In this document: positions 50,155 through 63,243 of the stretch, one piece after another | How the letters are laid out: each line of letters opens with the position of its first letter | How positions within the stretch are numbered: the first letter of the stretch is position 1 | From: Takakia lepidozioides | Taxonomy: Eukaryota > Plantae > Bryophyta | DNA length: 64,000 nt | NCBI GenBank assembly: GCA_030704615.1 | Contig: CM060734.1 | Span: forward strand, 20,398,001 to 20,462,000 | Reading direction: 5' to 3' | The notes under the pieces: model-generated | What the model was told of the DNA's origin: nothing | What the model saw: the letters and a program-made list of their open reading frames with translations, nothing else | Database searches by the model: none | Translations under genes and position numbers: made by a program

Positions 50155-51956
50155 TCAGGGAGGCAATGCTGCAGAAGCGGGGGGGTACTCCTGAAAGGAT
50201 TGATTGCCATCTGGCTTTGATTGATTATGAGAAATATCAATCTCCCAATCAACCTTCAAAGCTGGTGAATCGGCAACCACATCAGCCATTGGCTGACACA
50301 TCTGTGCAGCTGCCTCTCTTTCAGCAGCTTCTTTCAATTCCAAGTCTTGAAGAAGTCTGCGACCATAGAAGGTGCCTGTCACTCCCACTATGACCGCCAC
50401 AGTAGCACCAATCACATTGTAGGTAATCTCCACCGGTGTCAGCGTCCTTTTCTGGTTCTTCAGATCTGCCAATGTGCTAAGCAGCCTCCCACTGCATGAT
50501 GCCAACACCATCCAAGCAATTAGGTCTAGTGAGCCCGCAATGCAAATAGGGCAGGTTGGTAGGCTGACCCTGCCACTTATAGTGCTACATGACCAGCTGT
50601 CACCCTCAACCATTCGACACCAGAGCACAAATGGAAAACAGCCCACCTATGTGCACCCTCTCCAAAAGAAAGCCTATATGAGCAGCTAATTCTTGTCCCA
50701 CTCAGGCTCCTGACTGCTATACCTTTCCTAATGGTGGTAAGAAGGACAAGACAATCAGAATCCATTTGGCAGGGACAACCTTCACCATAGATCTTCACAT
50801 ATTTTCAGTGCCTAAATTACCTCCATAGTCAAGGGGAAGAACTGGACAAAATTGTCCAAGTACTCATCACAACCCCAAAGATAAACCGGTGCTAGTTGCA
50901 ATGCCTCTACTAAAGAGACCAAAATGAGCAGAGGACAGAGCAAGTAAGGGGGTGAACCTGTAGATAGTAATAAAAGCCTCTGGTACCATGCCAACCATGG
51001 AACCTGCTATATAAGGACCATACTTGATGTTGGTGGCGGTGACAGCATAATTGAACAATGTATAGGGGAATGGGGATACACGCAGTAGGCTGATAGTCCG
51101 GAATTGATGGAACCACCCTCCTTGTTCTGCTAGCCTACACAGTGCCGCCTTCTTGGGCCACTTTGCCAACCACCCCTGCCATGCACCTCCATACAGATCA
51201 CTAAATTGCACTTGCAATATATCACTTAAAAACTTTGAGAAAAAAGGAATGGTGCTGAGAGCACACCTGTATCCGGTCGTGTAAAAGCCAGCGTCCAATG
51301 AGATAGGGAATTGACTGGCCTACAGTCGTACCTGCCATTATAATCAGGAACCCGAGACCATAGCCAAACATCATACCTGTTACCCACATGGATGGCCCAG
51401 ATGGAAACATAACAATGGGAAAAATTGCCAGCGATAGTATGAGCACCACCACCAGCACTGGCCTGCTAAACTTGGATGATTCCCACACCATAAGTGGTAT
51501 GATGACCTGCATACACACGCATGTCAGGAGGTAGCACATCGTTGCAAGAAAGATGCATGCAGTGGATGCCGCCCTGCCAGGCACCAAGCTGCTTACCTTG
51601 AGGGTGATTCCTCCGAAAGAATCAAGACTCCACTCTTGTAATCAGCGTTAGCACAGAACAAGGGTACCCAAAAGTTGATTGTAGGTACAGGAACATACCT
51701 TGTCAAGAAATAAAGGACCCCAGTGAAAGCTAATTGCAGCAACTGCTAGCATGAGAAGGCCAACAATTATTAGCTTGATCCACCACCATGCCCGGCGGTG
51801 CCCCTTCGACTGCAAGACCGGGAGCGTGTCAAACTCCTGCATCTCCTCGGCCTGCTCCTCCTCCACATGCCCCAGGGGCCTGTACTCCGCATCCTCTGGC
51901 CCACCTATGTTTCCAAATCCCACTCCCGTTCTAAGCGAATTCCTCCCATTACTCAT
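50155..51956 (-). CDS. TVP38/TMEM64 family (SNARE-associated Golgi, VTT/DedA domain) membrane protein, about 350 aa; exons 51956-51699, 51506-51267, 51175-50958, 50491-50155
   Basis: GT-AG introns join in frame (1053 nt). PSGPSMWVTGMMFGYGLGF..GTTVGQSIPY; LLRVSPFPYTLFNY; GSMVGMVPEAFITIYSGRL. Confidence 0.93.
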
Positions 51957-54210
51957 TCTCAAGGACAAAGACTTCGCAGCGAGCTATAGATAATCCCGCA
52001 CCCTTCTGTCCAAATCCACTTTGTTTTCCTTCTTCTGTGCTCCTCTAGGAATGAGGTCGGCACCTGGATTGCCTTCTAGGGTTAGAATGCTCCAAGGTAG
52101 GAAAAGTTGACACCCTACTCCAGAACGTTAAAGAGAGAACCCCCCCAATCCCTTCTTGCATGAGCTCCCCAATTTCACAAAACCTGCAGCAACAGGGTGG
52201 CTCCAGTCAATAAATCCGAATTGGAGAACGCGCGCACCTTACACAACTAAAGATTTCACCCTAGGCACAAGGCCAAAGATGAGTACATAGCATGTGACCC
52301 ACCAGCACAATTCGCACCCAACACCGTCGTTCCACGGTTCAGCACCAGCTTTTGCAGGGCAATTCGAAAACAGAAGTTCAAAGACAGCAATTTGAGACCC
52401 AGCCATTGTCTTCCTCCTAGCCCGCAGTCATGGCCGGGATGCGGCCGACGACTTGCTAGTCTCCGCCACTGTTCCTTCTGTGAGCCTCCTTGTGGCGCCC
52501 TTCCTCCCCGTGCAGTTTTATTCAACTGTCCATCTCTATCTCCTGACCGGATCTTGTTGGGATCTTGCAGCTTATTATTCTTGTGACCCTTATGGAAGTA
52601 GAAGAATGACTTTGGATGCTGATACCATTGTTGATCGCATGCACTGTACCTAGACTCCTTTGCGGTCTCGTTTGACCGGGACGTGCCACTGTAGCCTTCG
52701 GACATCAATGGAGTCTATTATTCACTGGACGAGACACATCGGACTGGAGGCTTGGTTGAATAGAGACATCGTCAACCCCAGTTATTTCAATTTTGTGGGT
52801 GTGTTCCTTGTGGGTTCCAATTCTGAGCTCATTGCTCAACGCACTCGCCTGCTGTGGAATGCGGCCTCTTACTCTTTCCTGTTTTGTGGTACATTATGGT
52901 GTTGGGTGGACAGAGCAAGGACTTCAAGCGGATCCAGAGTGAAGTTCGGAAAGCCAGAGTCTCTAGAGAAGGATTTTTCAAAGGTTATATTATAATCCAG
53001 AAGGAAGACCAGACAAACTTCCTAGAACTTGCCAAAGGCTAGCTTGACTAAAGCTGTACAATGAGAGTTGCAAAGAATTTGGACCAGGAAGCCATAGATT
53101 TGAGAGCAATAGTGGTGTCTGCAACACAAAGGTCAAAGGAGGTTGATCTCAAACAGAGGGATACAACAGGGCAGGAGTTGATACAGAACCACACAAAAAC
53201 AATCCATCGTTAGGGGTATTTAGATGATTGCGGACCTGCTCCCCAAAAATTTGAGACTCAGCATGACCATGACGTTGACGAATTTGAAGTTGATATTCGT
53301 GGGCAAACCTTTTAGAGCAGTGGGATTTTTAGCTAGAATTGCATGTAAAAGACAAGTATGTTACAATGGAATAAAAAGCAAATGAGTTGACTTTAAAATA
53401 TGGAGCAAGGAAAATTCAGGGGTCGCGATGTAGATCGCTCCGCAAGTTGCGGTGAGGAGAGTTGGGACTTAGGCTCTCTCTGTCAACGATGGGGCCCTCT
53501 CGTCCTCCTTGCACCTCCTCGGCTAAGCTAAGATGTACTGAAGCTAGGCACAACTTCCAGTATCCCCTAAAGACGACAAAAACGTCTCTATGGGCCAGAA
53601 TTCCCAACTCATATTCTAACAAGAATTTTCTTCGTCTCCCCACTTCTCTCTTTTCTCTACCTCCCTTGGTTTTCTCCCCTTTCATCATCAGCTGCTCCAT
53701 CTCCCCTTTGCATTGATGGGCCGCCTTCCTTAGGCTGCGGCACGACTCCCCAAGACTGCTCCTTTGGCAGCTATGGCCCCCTGCAAGCTCAGCCTTTCCT
53801 TTTCCAGCTGATAGACTCCTTTTAGCTTCTCTGCGACTCCAGCTAAGGTCTGCGAACCTCCATCCTCGCGCACCGTGAATGCCCGATGCACTGAAATTGA
53901 AAGCGTCGCATAGTCTCTCCTGCGTTCCATAATGCACCTTCTCTCATTATGACGGTGAAATGGAGGGAAGTGTTCACTCCAGCCCTTCCTCTTGAATTGT
54001 ATACAGCTCGGTTTCTTGCTTGCCTTCTCCCCCAGCCTGCATTGATATGTTGTGGTTCCATTTCTCTCACAACCTATTTGGTGTTCTATCTCTAGTTTAA
54101 GTTTGCTTCCTGCTGGAAGAGCCTGCAACCATCTCAAGTCGGCATCTCCCCTCTCTCTTCCGTCTTCAATTGCTGCCATCTCTTGTCTCCATTGGTGAAG
54201 TGCATGTTCC

Positions 54211-56852
54211 ATGCAGATCTGCTTCATCTGCAATGGAGAAGGCCATATTGGCTCCAACTGCCCAAAGCTCGGCAAGCAAAAAGGCTCTGAATCCTCCAAG
54301 CCCTCGTGCATGCCAAACGACAAAGCAGGCTCCTCATTTAACCTGGTGGCTTCAGGTACTACAGTGCAAGTCGCTTTGGAATCGGATGCAGAAAGGCTTC
54401 AGGTAGGCCCGTCCTCCAAAAAAAGAAAACGAAGTGACGATAAGTCCAAATGGGTTCATCCCAACCGGCCATATGATCTTCACCCAGTCAGGATGAAGGA
54501 AGCTTGGGCCTCGTTCCCTTTCTTGCAAGAAGAGCTGCAACTCTTGGACAGCACCAGCCTGGCGATTTCCTTCCTCGAGCTGCACTCCTTCAAAAGTAGG
54601 CCTTTGACTGGTTGGGCCCCAGGATCGATTTATGCGAGAGACAGGGCATCGATCTGTGTGACCCCGCTCGTCTATACTTTCTTTGACGATTACACTAACT
54701 TTTGCGTCCCGGAGGATGGGGAAGGCTTTCGCTCAGCCTGGGTCACTGAAGACATGACCAAGGAGCTAAGTGTGGGAAAAGAAAAAGACAGCACACTGTA
54801 GCTCACCGGCAGATCCTCACGGACTTTTTTCCAAACATCTCCCTCTCTCTATCTCAAGTCCACAACATAGGCATTATGGTTGAAAACAACAATGCCCTTG
54901 TTAATCTGGCGGTGGTACATGTGCTTCCGATCTTCCATGTCAAAGACCTGCACATAACGGTCAGACCAAACAAAGGGCTGTGGGTAGACGCCTTTGGCTT
55001 GCCCTGCAGGGTGAAGGACCCAAACACCTGGGGCTCGTAGCTTCTTAATCATGGAAGAAGGGCAGCGCATGGTGGCTGAACTTACAAGTCTGCAAAAGCT
55101 CAAGGGCCTGGCAGACCAGGCAATCCAAGCAAGCAACATCTCCCGGGAAGTGGAGCCCACAAACAGAGCAATAATCTTGTATAACGACACTGACATGCTA
55201 TTCTCATCCAATGCGGCTAGCAAATGCTTTGAAGAAATGGGACAGCCAGAGGAAACTGTGGACTCACCCCCACCAGTAAGCGTGTTTCCTCATGCTTCTT
55301 CTCCCTCTCCACTCATCTTCTTTGTGCATGATGAGACAAACAGGAATCGTGGCTGGACCCTTGTGTTGGAGCATCAACAGCTTGCCCTTAAAATTCTACC
55401 AGGATGGTGTGAATCATACAACATCTTGTGTTCAAAATTTGTTGTTGACTACCTCTCTTCAACGCTCTATTGGCATCTCTCCCTGTCAGATCTTTCTATG
55501 CTAACAAACAGCAGGAACCAATTCCTGGAACTGGGATGTCTCAGCAAAAGAAAGAAGTCGAGACAAGTCTTTGTGTGGAACCTACCTGATTTACTACCAC
55601 CTCTTGCTGGTTTTAAATGGATAAATACGCTACAACCCTGGGACAAGAGGACTAAATTCAAATTCTTACCTACCTGGCCATCAAATCGCGAGATCAACGC
55701 GGGCCTTGCCCTGGCAGTACAATGAATTTCTCTCTTTCTACGTGGAATATCCGTGGCATTGGTTCTGATCACTCAGCCCCAAAAAGGGCCAGAATCAGAC
55801 GATGGGCCTCCCACCTCATAAACAAATCCTCTCTAATCTTTCTCCAAGAGCATAAGCTCGACCATCTCTGGGGACTTCTATGTGGCCTCCTGCCTCCGCA
55901 TTCTGGAACCCCACAATCGATGACACTAGAGGTGGCACAACTATTTTTATTTCCCCCTCCTTGGGGCCCTCTGTTCTTTCTAATGACATATGGCTTCAGG
56001 GTAGGGTTCAGCTTGTCGTTCTGCATATGGGTCCAGCGATTGGGAGTGTGGGGGTGTTAAATGTTTATGCTCCCAATAGTGAGGAGGAACGTATAGAGCT
56101 GTGGTCTCTTATTAGATTGAAAATGCTGCAACTTGATGACATCCAACATTGGATTGTGGGTGGGGATTTTAACATGGTAGAGTTTGATAATGATCGCTTC
56201 GGTTCTAACGTTCATGGCATGTCTGTTGCTGAAAGAGACTCTTGGGACTCTCTATGCATGGCGGTGGGTTTGCTAGACGCCACCAACCCAGCTGAGGGAG
56301 AGCTGAAATTTACATTGTCTAATAACAGGGAGTCTCCAAATCTCTCCCTGGCTCGTCTAGATAGAATCTATTGCTCTGAGCACCTGTTAAGTTGGACTGT
56401 CAGATCCCCTTTGGCCCCAATGCCTCCTGGTTTTGACCACTCCATTGTCAATCTCTCTTTACACACCCCAGGGACAAGAGCAAAGGGTAGGGGTTTCTTT
56501 AAGCTCAACCCCTCCCTCCTCAAAGACAAGAGGTTGTTCTAGAGCTGCAAAGAGTTTGGTCCTCTGCTGACCTACCTTTCACCTCACCCACTCTCCTCTT
56601 TCTATCCAAGTTGCAGAAGTTGAGAGGCATCTGTCAGGATTTGTCTAGGAAAAAGGCCGAAGACACCTCCAGAAAAGAGAGGGCACTCACAAAATGCCTT
56701 TAGAGATGACCCTCAAACCATGATCTCCTACAAAACAGCCAAGAAGAATCTCTCTTTGTTGTTACATTCCAGGGAGCAGTTCATTAGGGTCAAAGCAGGG
56801 GTAAATTGGTCGTTGAAGGGGAAAAAATGTCTAAATATTTCTTTGCTAAAGC
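54211..56852 (+). mobile_element. L1-clade LINE: ORF1 (CCHC knuckle) and ORF2 APE endonuclease, truncated by an LTR insertion
   Basis: CFICNGEGHIGSNC; ORF2 at 55722 TWNIRG..LQEHK; NVYAPN; GGDFN; RLDRIY; DHS. ORF1 probably starts further upstream. Confidence 0.9.
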
Positions 56853-57172
56853 TGCTCACCCATCCCTTCGCTATCCGAGGTGGAAACTCCAAGATAGAAG
56901 AGTTGGATATCTCTAAGCACTCAGCCCGCTCAGAACAATCAGTCATGACCTACAGCTAGTGTATCATGGGGGTACTTCCTATTTGTATTCCTTCTCACAT
57001 TCATATTAGCAAGTTATCTTACTGTATATGTTTAAGTATCAGATTGCTTCAGCAATCTATCAGGTTCCAATCACACATCCATTCATTCCACAGCTTCACT
57101 CAGGTCTCTCTACACAGTATGAGTATGGAATATGTATCAGATTAATAACTATCAAGTATCAGGCCGAAGCCA
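56853..57172 (-). repeat. 3' end of an LTR of the gypsy family at 1-9282
   Basis: Reverse complement of about 8962-9282 with substitutions. Confidence 0.93.
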
Positions 57173-57740
57173 TTAAAGTCGGCACCGACTTTAACCAAAG
57201 GAGCCAAAAAAAGAATTAATAAATTAATAAAAACTATTAGTTGGCGCCGACTTATCCTCGATTATGAACTGGAAAAATCAGCTTGGGTCTAAAGTCGGCA
57301 CCGACTTTTAACCAAAGGAGCAAATAAAAAAGTAAAAAGTAAAAAACTATTAGTCGGCGCCGACTTATCTTCGATTATGAACACAAAAAACCAGCTTGGG
57401 TTTAAAGTCGGCACCGACTTTAACGATGAGAACTTTATACCCATGAGCATGAGCAAAAATATTCATGAGCAAAGATAAAAACAACATTATTTGGATGATA
57501 TATAGTATTTGCTCTAGAATCTTGATTTACTCGGCGCCGACTTATAGGTTTTTCTTTAAAAAATTAAAAAAAAACTGATTTTTTGTGTTCAAACTTGAAT
57601 AAGTCGACGCCGATTTATAGTTTGTTTGTTTTTTTTTCGGTTTTTTTGCTCCCATCGTTAAAGTCGGTGCCGACTTTAAACCCACACTGATTTTTTGTGT
57701 TCATAGTCGAAGATAAGTCAGCGCCGACTTCTAGTTTTTT
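57173..57740. repeat. Foldback-like element of about 118-bp tandem units with AGTCGGC(A/G)CCGACT palindromes, mirrored in the second half
   Basis: ttaaagtcggcaccgactttaa at 57173, about 57290, 57402 and 57658 (inverted). Confidence 0.8.
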
Positions 57741-57742
57741 TA

Positions 57743-57828
57743 CGAGGATGCAAAAGGAGTGTTCGACAATATGGTTGAACATAATGTGGTGTCGTGGAGT
57801 GCGATAATCGCAGGATATGCACAGTATG
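57743..57828 (+). pseudogene. Isolated PLS-PPR fragment
   Basis: EDAKGVFDNMVEHNVVSWSAIIAGYAQYG. Confidence 0.8.
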
Positions 57829-58135
57829 GGGGGACCGTTATGCCCCGGTGAACAACCGAAGCTGTGAGTTGGCCAAGCGGCCAGTTTGGGAGTTAGGAGC
57901 GCGCATCAAAGCGACGATCGTACTAAACTCTAGGCTCTGTAACCAAATGTCACGCACCTCACTTTGATAACTCCCCCTTTAAGTCATTGAGATCGGCCTC
58001 ACCATGGCTAAGCGAAAGCGGAATGACCCGAAAGCCGAGGAACTAGTGAGCCCAGTGGGGGCGACGCGTCACCGGAGCGGCAATTTGAGGAGACAAGTTA
58101 TGCTTCTGAAGGTGAGGCTGCTCGGGAGGATCTCT
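57828..58135 (+). mobile_element. Chromovirus LTR-PBS-gag start fragment with internal inversion
   Basis: Homologous to the reverse complement of about 61000-61318. Confidence 0.85.
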
Positions 58136-59208
58136 CTAATTCGCTTCATCCCGGACAAACAAGAAGGTCTTGTTTGGAATAACTGCAAGCTTGCAATGCG
58201 TATAGCATGAAAGTGAGATTAGCACAGAATGAAACAGGTAAGTGTGTGTAAGCCTGCGGGGCTTGCAAATAGTGAGTGAGAGATAAAGTACTTTCGTCAT
58301 GTCTTGATGATCCAGTTCATTGAGAACTTTAAGCCAAAGACATGAGTTACCCATGTGAAGGGCGTAGATATACAAGTTATTCCGCAGTACTTGCAACAAC
58401 TTTTTGATTTACCATCTGGTAATGTGAGCATGGATGAGCACAGGGCAAGATTGCAAGTAGGGGATCTTTTTCAAGAAATGAGCTTTTTCAGAAACCAGGG
58501 ATTCACTTGTTCCAAAGCCGAGTATCCAGGTTTGAGGGAAATTGGCCGGGTACTAAACATTTTGTTTGCCATGAAACAGAACCAACATTATCTTAGCAGA
58601 TCTTTTACGGAAGAGGTTTTGAAAGCCTTGAGGGGAGAGGATGTAGCTTGGGCAGAGATGATGCACAGTGGTCTGGTGGAGGAGATGAAACGATTGCAGA
58701 CTACTGCTGCTAAGTCCCTAATCATTGTGTCTGGCCCAATTATTACACAGATTATCTTTGATTCTTGCCTGCTTGATGCACAAGAACGCAATGTAATGGG
58801 GGTGTTTGAGGCAGCCACAACTGCAGTTGAAGAGCAAGGCACTTCACAAGGTGAAAGAGGATTAGAGAGGCAACACCAGTCCAAGAGACAGAAGAGGAAC
58901 GAAACCGTAATGTCGGCTCCACTTGCCACAAGGACCCCACGCGATGATGTTTCCATAGCTCCTGCACGGGATGGGGTGCAGCAACACAATGGGCTGTTAT
59001 TACTGGAAGCACGGCCATTAGAGAGGGAGGATGAAGTCACTTCGGTACCACGGCCAGCACAACAAGCTGACCAAGTTGCCCCAGTGGTAACTCAAACTGG
59101 ACTTGTTGTTACACTGGAGCCTCTTACTGTGGAGAGAGAGGGGTTGGACATTCCCACTACAGAGCAAGTAATGGCAAAAATTGAGAAGGGCGATCTTCTC
59201 TATGAAAG

Positions 59209-61892
59209 GCAAGCCGCTTGGTAAATCCTCCGGCATCACATCCTGGTATTTCTCCAAAATCCCCTTGATCCAATCTGGGCTCGGCTCCTTATCGCCTTCT
59301 CCCTTCACTTGTCTTACGTAAAGCAAAAACTGGGGCTCTGTGGCTCCTCCACGGCCCACTCCTTTGCTAACAACAGGTTTATTCGCCCTCGCACTGGGTT
59401 GGGCATTTCCGACACTCTTAAAACTTTGCCACCATTCCCACACGGTAGCGTGACTATTCTCTGACCGCTCCGGATTTGCTCAAAAATGCCTCATTGGCCC
59501 ATCGAACAAATTTTGATTGATCTCATATTACTCTGGGGCCTGGGTTCTAGCAAAGCTAGGCATAAGAAACCTGAGCGAGGCACCTGCGTGCGAGACCTAC
59601 TGCTACAACACTCTTGGCAGCTTGCCTCACAATGTAGATCCCCAAAATGAGATCCACTCCATCGATCTCGCAAATGGTGAAGTTCTCACGTCCCTCCCAA
59701 CTCCCCAGTTGAAGAGGAACATCGAACGCCAACCTCGTCGCCAATTGTGGTTCTCATTTGGCAGAACGCACCTCAATAGAGGCCCCCACGTCACTTGTCG
59801 GGAGCCCCAGTTTTCGTGTCGTTGCCGGTGTCATGAAGGAGTGCGACGCTCCTGTGTCCACCAACAACGACACGTTAGTTCTGGAAATTATCTCACTCAC
59901 GAACATTAACTGACTCCCTTTACGCAAGGCGCCAGTTTCCTGATACAACTCACAAGAGTAGTTGCCTACCTTGCAAGTCTTGGCGACCACCGCCTCCACC
60001 AAGCGGCTGATGGGCTCTTCGGACAACTCCGTGGAAGCCTGAGTCATGTTCAATTGTCGGGGTTTCGTGCACTTCTTAGCCATGTGCCCGGGCTCCCCGC
60101 AATTAAAACACACTCCATCGAAGGTCGCCTTTTGTCCGCCATAAGCCGCCGCACCTGATTTCCCTTTTGGAGCACCGAGTGCCGCCTTAACGTGAGAAGG
60201 ACCTCCCTTCGATTTCCACGTGCCATTGTCACCGCGTGGCCTATCCCACTTCTTTTCCGGTCAAAAGGAGTCACCCTCCCGCCGGGTCTTCTTGTGGTTC
60301 AACTCCGTATGGCCTTGTCTTTCGCCCCTAGGGACATCCGAGAAACATTCAACCCTCTCAATTGCCTCGTTCAAAGTCTTAGGTGGCTTCTCCTCCAACT
60401 TCCACCTGGCCCATGGGGCCAATCTTGCCACAAAGTTGAAGACCATTTCTGGTTCTGCCATGTCCGCGACTTCGAGCAACAGCACATTGAAAGCCTGGAC
60501 ATACCCCCGAATGTCATCTGTTTGCTTCAAATTCCTCATCTTGTCCTGGGCAAGCCAGGACGCGTTGAGGGGCACAAACTGTCTCTTCATCAATTCCTTG
60601 AATCCACTCCAGTTCAAGGTTTCCGGGCTTGGACCTCGGTCGTGAAGGCGTTTCTGCCACCATTGTTGAGCATAGCCCCTCAAATAGGTGGGAGCCACTT
60701 CCACCTGATCCTCGTCACTCAACTTGGCCGCCCGGAAGTACTGCTCTAGCTCCAAGAGCCAGGTGTTGAGTGCCTTCCGATTTCGGACGCCCTCGAAGGT
60801 GTCGGGTTCCTTAGGCTTCACCTTAAATTTTGCCTTAGTGGAAGTGGCATTAGCCGCCTTCAACACGTCTTTCAACGTCCCGCCAAACTGCGCCAACAAC
60901 CCTTCCCAAAAGGCTGCTGGCATGGGAGGCATCTGTTGGTCTGTCGAAGCTCTCAGGAATTCCTCGGGCTCCGACTCCTCAGATTCCTCCCGTTCTTGAG
61001 CGGCCTCGCTTTCAAAAGCATGCACCGCTTCCTCAAATGGCCGCTTTGGTGACACGTCGCCCCCATCGGGCTCACCAGGATCATCATCTTTCGGGCCATT
61101 CCATTTTCGCTTTGGCTTGCCCGACCCCATGATGAGGCCGATCCCAAGGATGATCGCGTACTGAACTCTAAGCTTTGATACCAAGTGTCGTGCACCTCAC
61201 TTCGGTAAGCTCCCCTTCAAGTCATAGTTACTCGCTTTGATGCGCGCACCTAACTCCCAACCTGGCCGCCGGGCCAACTCGGAGCTTCCGCTGCTCACCG
61301 GGACATAACGGTCCCCCTTTACTCTTCCAAAAGACCCTCCACCAATTTGGCCTAGTGGAAATTCCTTGTGGTAGATGGCAGTCCGAAATAGCTCCCCACT
61401 CCTTGGTCGCTTTCCGGCTCGCTCGCTTACTCACTAGTTTTTGGTCACCAACGGGCTTGCACCGTTCTCGGGGTTACTACTCCCTATATATACTTCTGTG
61501 ACTGTCCGCGGGGGTTTCACAAACAACCCTGCCATTTTATGGCAAACCACCACGAAGACCCTCGACTCCCGGTGATGAGTCGCGGTGAGTCTTGGCCCAC
61601 CCACCATGGCCCCATTGGACCGTGATAAGTCCCAAGACTCCCCACGAATCCCACCACAAGATCTCCGCCCCATGGTGAGTCCTATGCCACCCCCACTAAG
61701 TCCCACTAAGCTACCACCACCCCTTGTGGAGTCACCCCCACCGCAACTCGGTGTGCGGGGCTCCACCTAGTGAGCGCCTTTGGCTCTTTGAGTGCCTTGG
61801 GCACTCAAGGGTGCTTCAGCCCCCCGTACCTATTGCTGCCACCGCCCCCACCACATGGGCAACCCCCTGCCCTCAAGGCAAAGGGCCGCACA
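59209..61892 (-). mobile_element. Chromovirus 5' half: 5' LTR (61186-61892), PBS-Met (61172-61183), gag, protease
   Basis: TG..CA LTR, tggtatcaaagc, gag ORF 60261-61184, homologous to 43890-44975. Confidence 0.93.
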
Positions 61893-62004
61893 TAGCGGCT
61901 CTCTTATCATACCGTCTCCTCCAATACTCGAACTCCACATTTTCTCGGATGGGGGTGGGAGGGTCGAGATGATTCCCCCAACAACGAGGTTGGACGGTCC
62001 TCAG
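61893..62004 (-). pseudogene. Fragment of a second copy of the CACTA SET gene
   Basis: LRTVQPRCWGNHLDPPTPIRENVEFEYW, homologous to 14861-14973. Confidence 0.92.
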
Positions 62005-62306
62005 CTCTGGTATGGTCGGAGACCCCATGGTACCAAAAGTACAGAGTCTGCCCAAGAAAATCCCTGCTGTGCAGGTTATGCCCAAACCTGTGTTAGTGGT
62101 TGAAGGGGTAGAGGGCAAGGGTACTGCAGCACCTGGGGAAGATGAGGTGGCTCAGGAACAAGATCCTGTGGGATCATGGCCTGATTGGTTTGTGAAACAT
62201 CAAACTGTTGATGTTGAAAATCAGGAAGAACAGCAGCATGTTTTCTATAAAGACCCACGGTAGGCCATGGTTATGAGTTCCATAAGCATGACTCTCAACA
62301 TGTTGG

Positions 62307-63240
62307 CACTACAACAAATGGGGGGGGGTTTGCGACGCTAGCCGCGCCCCCATGCCCGCGCGGCGCTGAGCCCGCGACGTCGAGCCCGCGACGCTTTTTT
62401 GCGACGTCCCGGCAACGCAATCCTTCGCTGCGACACCATTGCGACGCCTAGCCGTCGCAAGGTGGCATGAAGCCGGAAAGAGGGCCCTCGCTACGATAGA
62501 TTTTTTTTTCTTGCGACGCCCCGGCATCGCAAATGGTTTTTTTTTTTTTTTTTTTGGACATTGAGACGCCTCGGCGTCGCAAAAGCGTCACGGAGGGCAC
62601 CCCAGCGCCTCTGCGTCGCAACAGCATCATCACAATGAGAGTTTGTTTTTTTTTTTTTTTTTTTTTTTGGCTTTGCGGCCGTTAACTTCACAAAAGCGTC
62701 GCTGGGGCGGCCAATGCTGCGACGCCAAGGGGTCGCAACAACGTCGCCACAGGGGGTCGCAATGGTGTTGTAGTCAGCTTAGGTCATCACAAGGACGTCG
62801 CTTGGGGCGCCTGGCGGTGGGGGGGGGGGTACAATAACGGCGACGACGTTGGGGCTGGGGCTAGGGCTGGGCACTAAGGTTGTGGAGGTTGCAACTCCCA
62901 GGCGTCACAAGAGGTTCCCCTTAGAAGGAACTTGAAGGAAATCTTCATATGTATATATATAGATATTTAAATTGCTTTTGTGATCCATAGATGTAGCGTA
63001 AGTGTGTTGGTTAGTCTGTATTGTCTTAGAAATGTTATAACGTGGAGGTCTTAGGTTCAAGTATGCATTGCATGATATATGTAGAACAACGAACATATCG
63101 CCATTAGACGGAACCGGAGTCAATGGTCAACAAGTTTTTGAAAAACAAGTTTCAAATTCAAATTTTCCCACCTAAATTCAAATGTACCCTCTTAAATTGC
63201 GACGTCCGGGCGTCGCACTTTGCGACCCCCGGACGGTGCT
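62307..63240 (+). mobile_element. CACTA element end
   Basis: CACTACAA terminus followed by dense GCGAC/GTCGC subterminal repeats. Confidence 0.85.
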
Positions 63241-63243
63241 AAT

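Larger units (their letters stand above)
58307..62306 (+). pseudogene. Second copy of the gypsy extra ORF, split (58307-59208 and 62005-62306)
   Basis: Collinear with 4820-5712 and 5715-6012. Confidence 0.92.

Noticed and set aside
52256-54200. ORFs upstream of the LINE knuckle
   Set aside because: Possibly decayed ORF1 sequence, but no recognisable motif
57173-57740. CRISPR-like repeat/spacer appearance
   Set aside because: The spacers are themselves repeated, no cas genes are present, and the context is eukaryotic
62766-62775. Right TIR for the CACTA end at 62307
   Set aside because: Reads TTGTAGTC rather than TAGTG, there is no TSD, and the subterminal motifs continue beyond it
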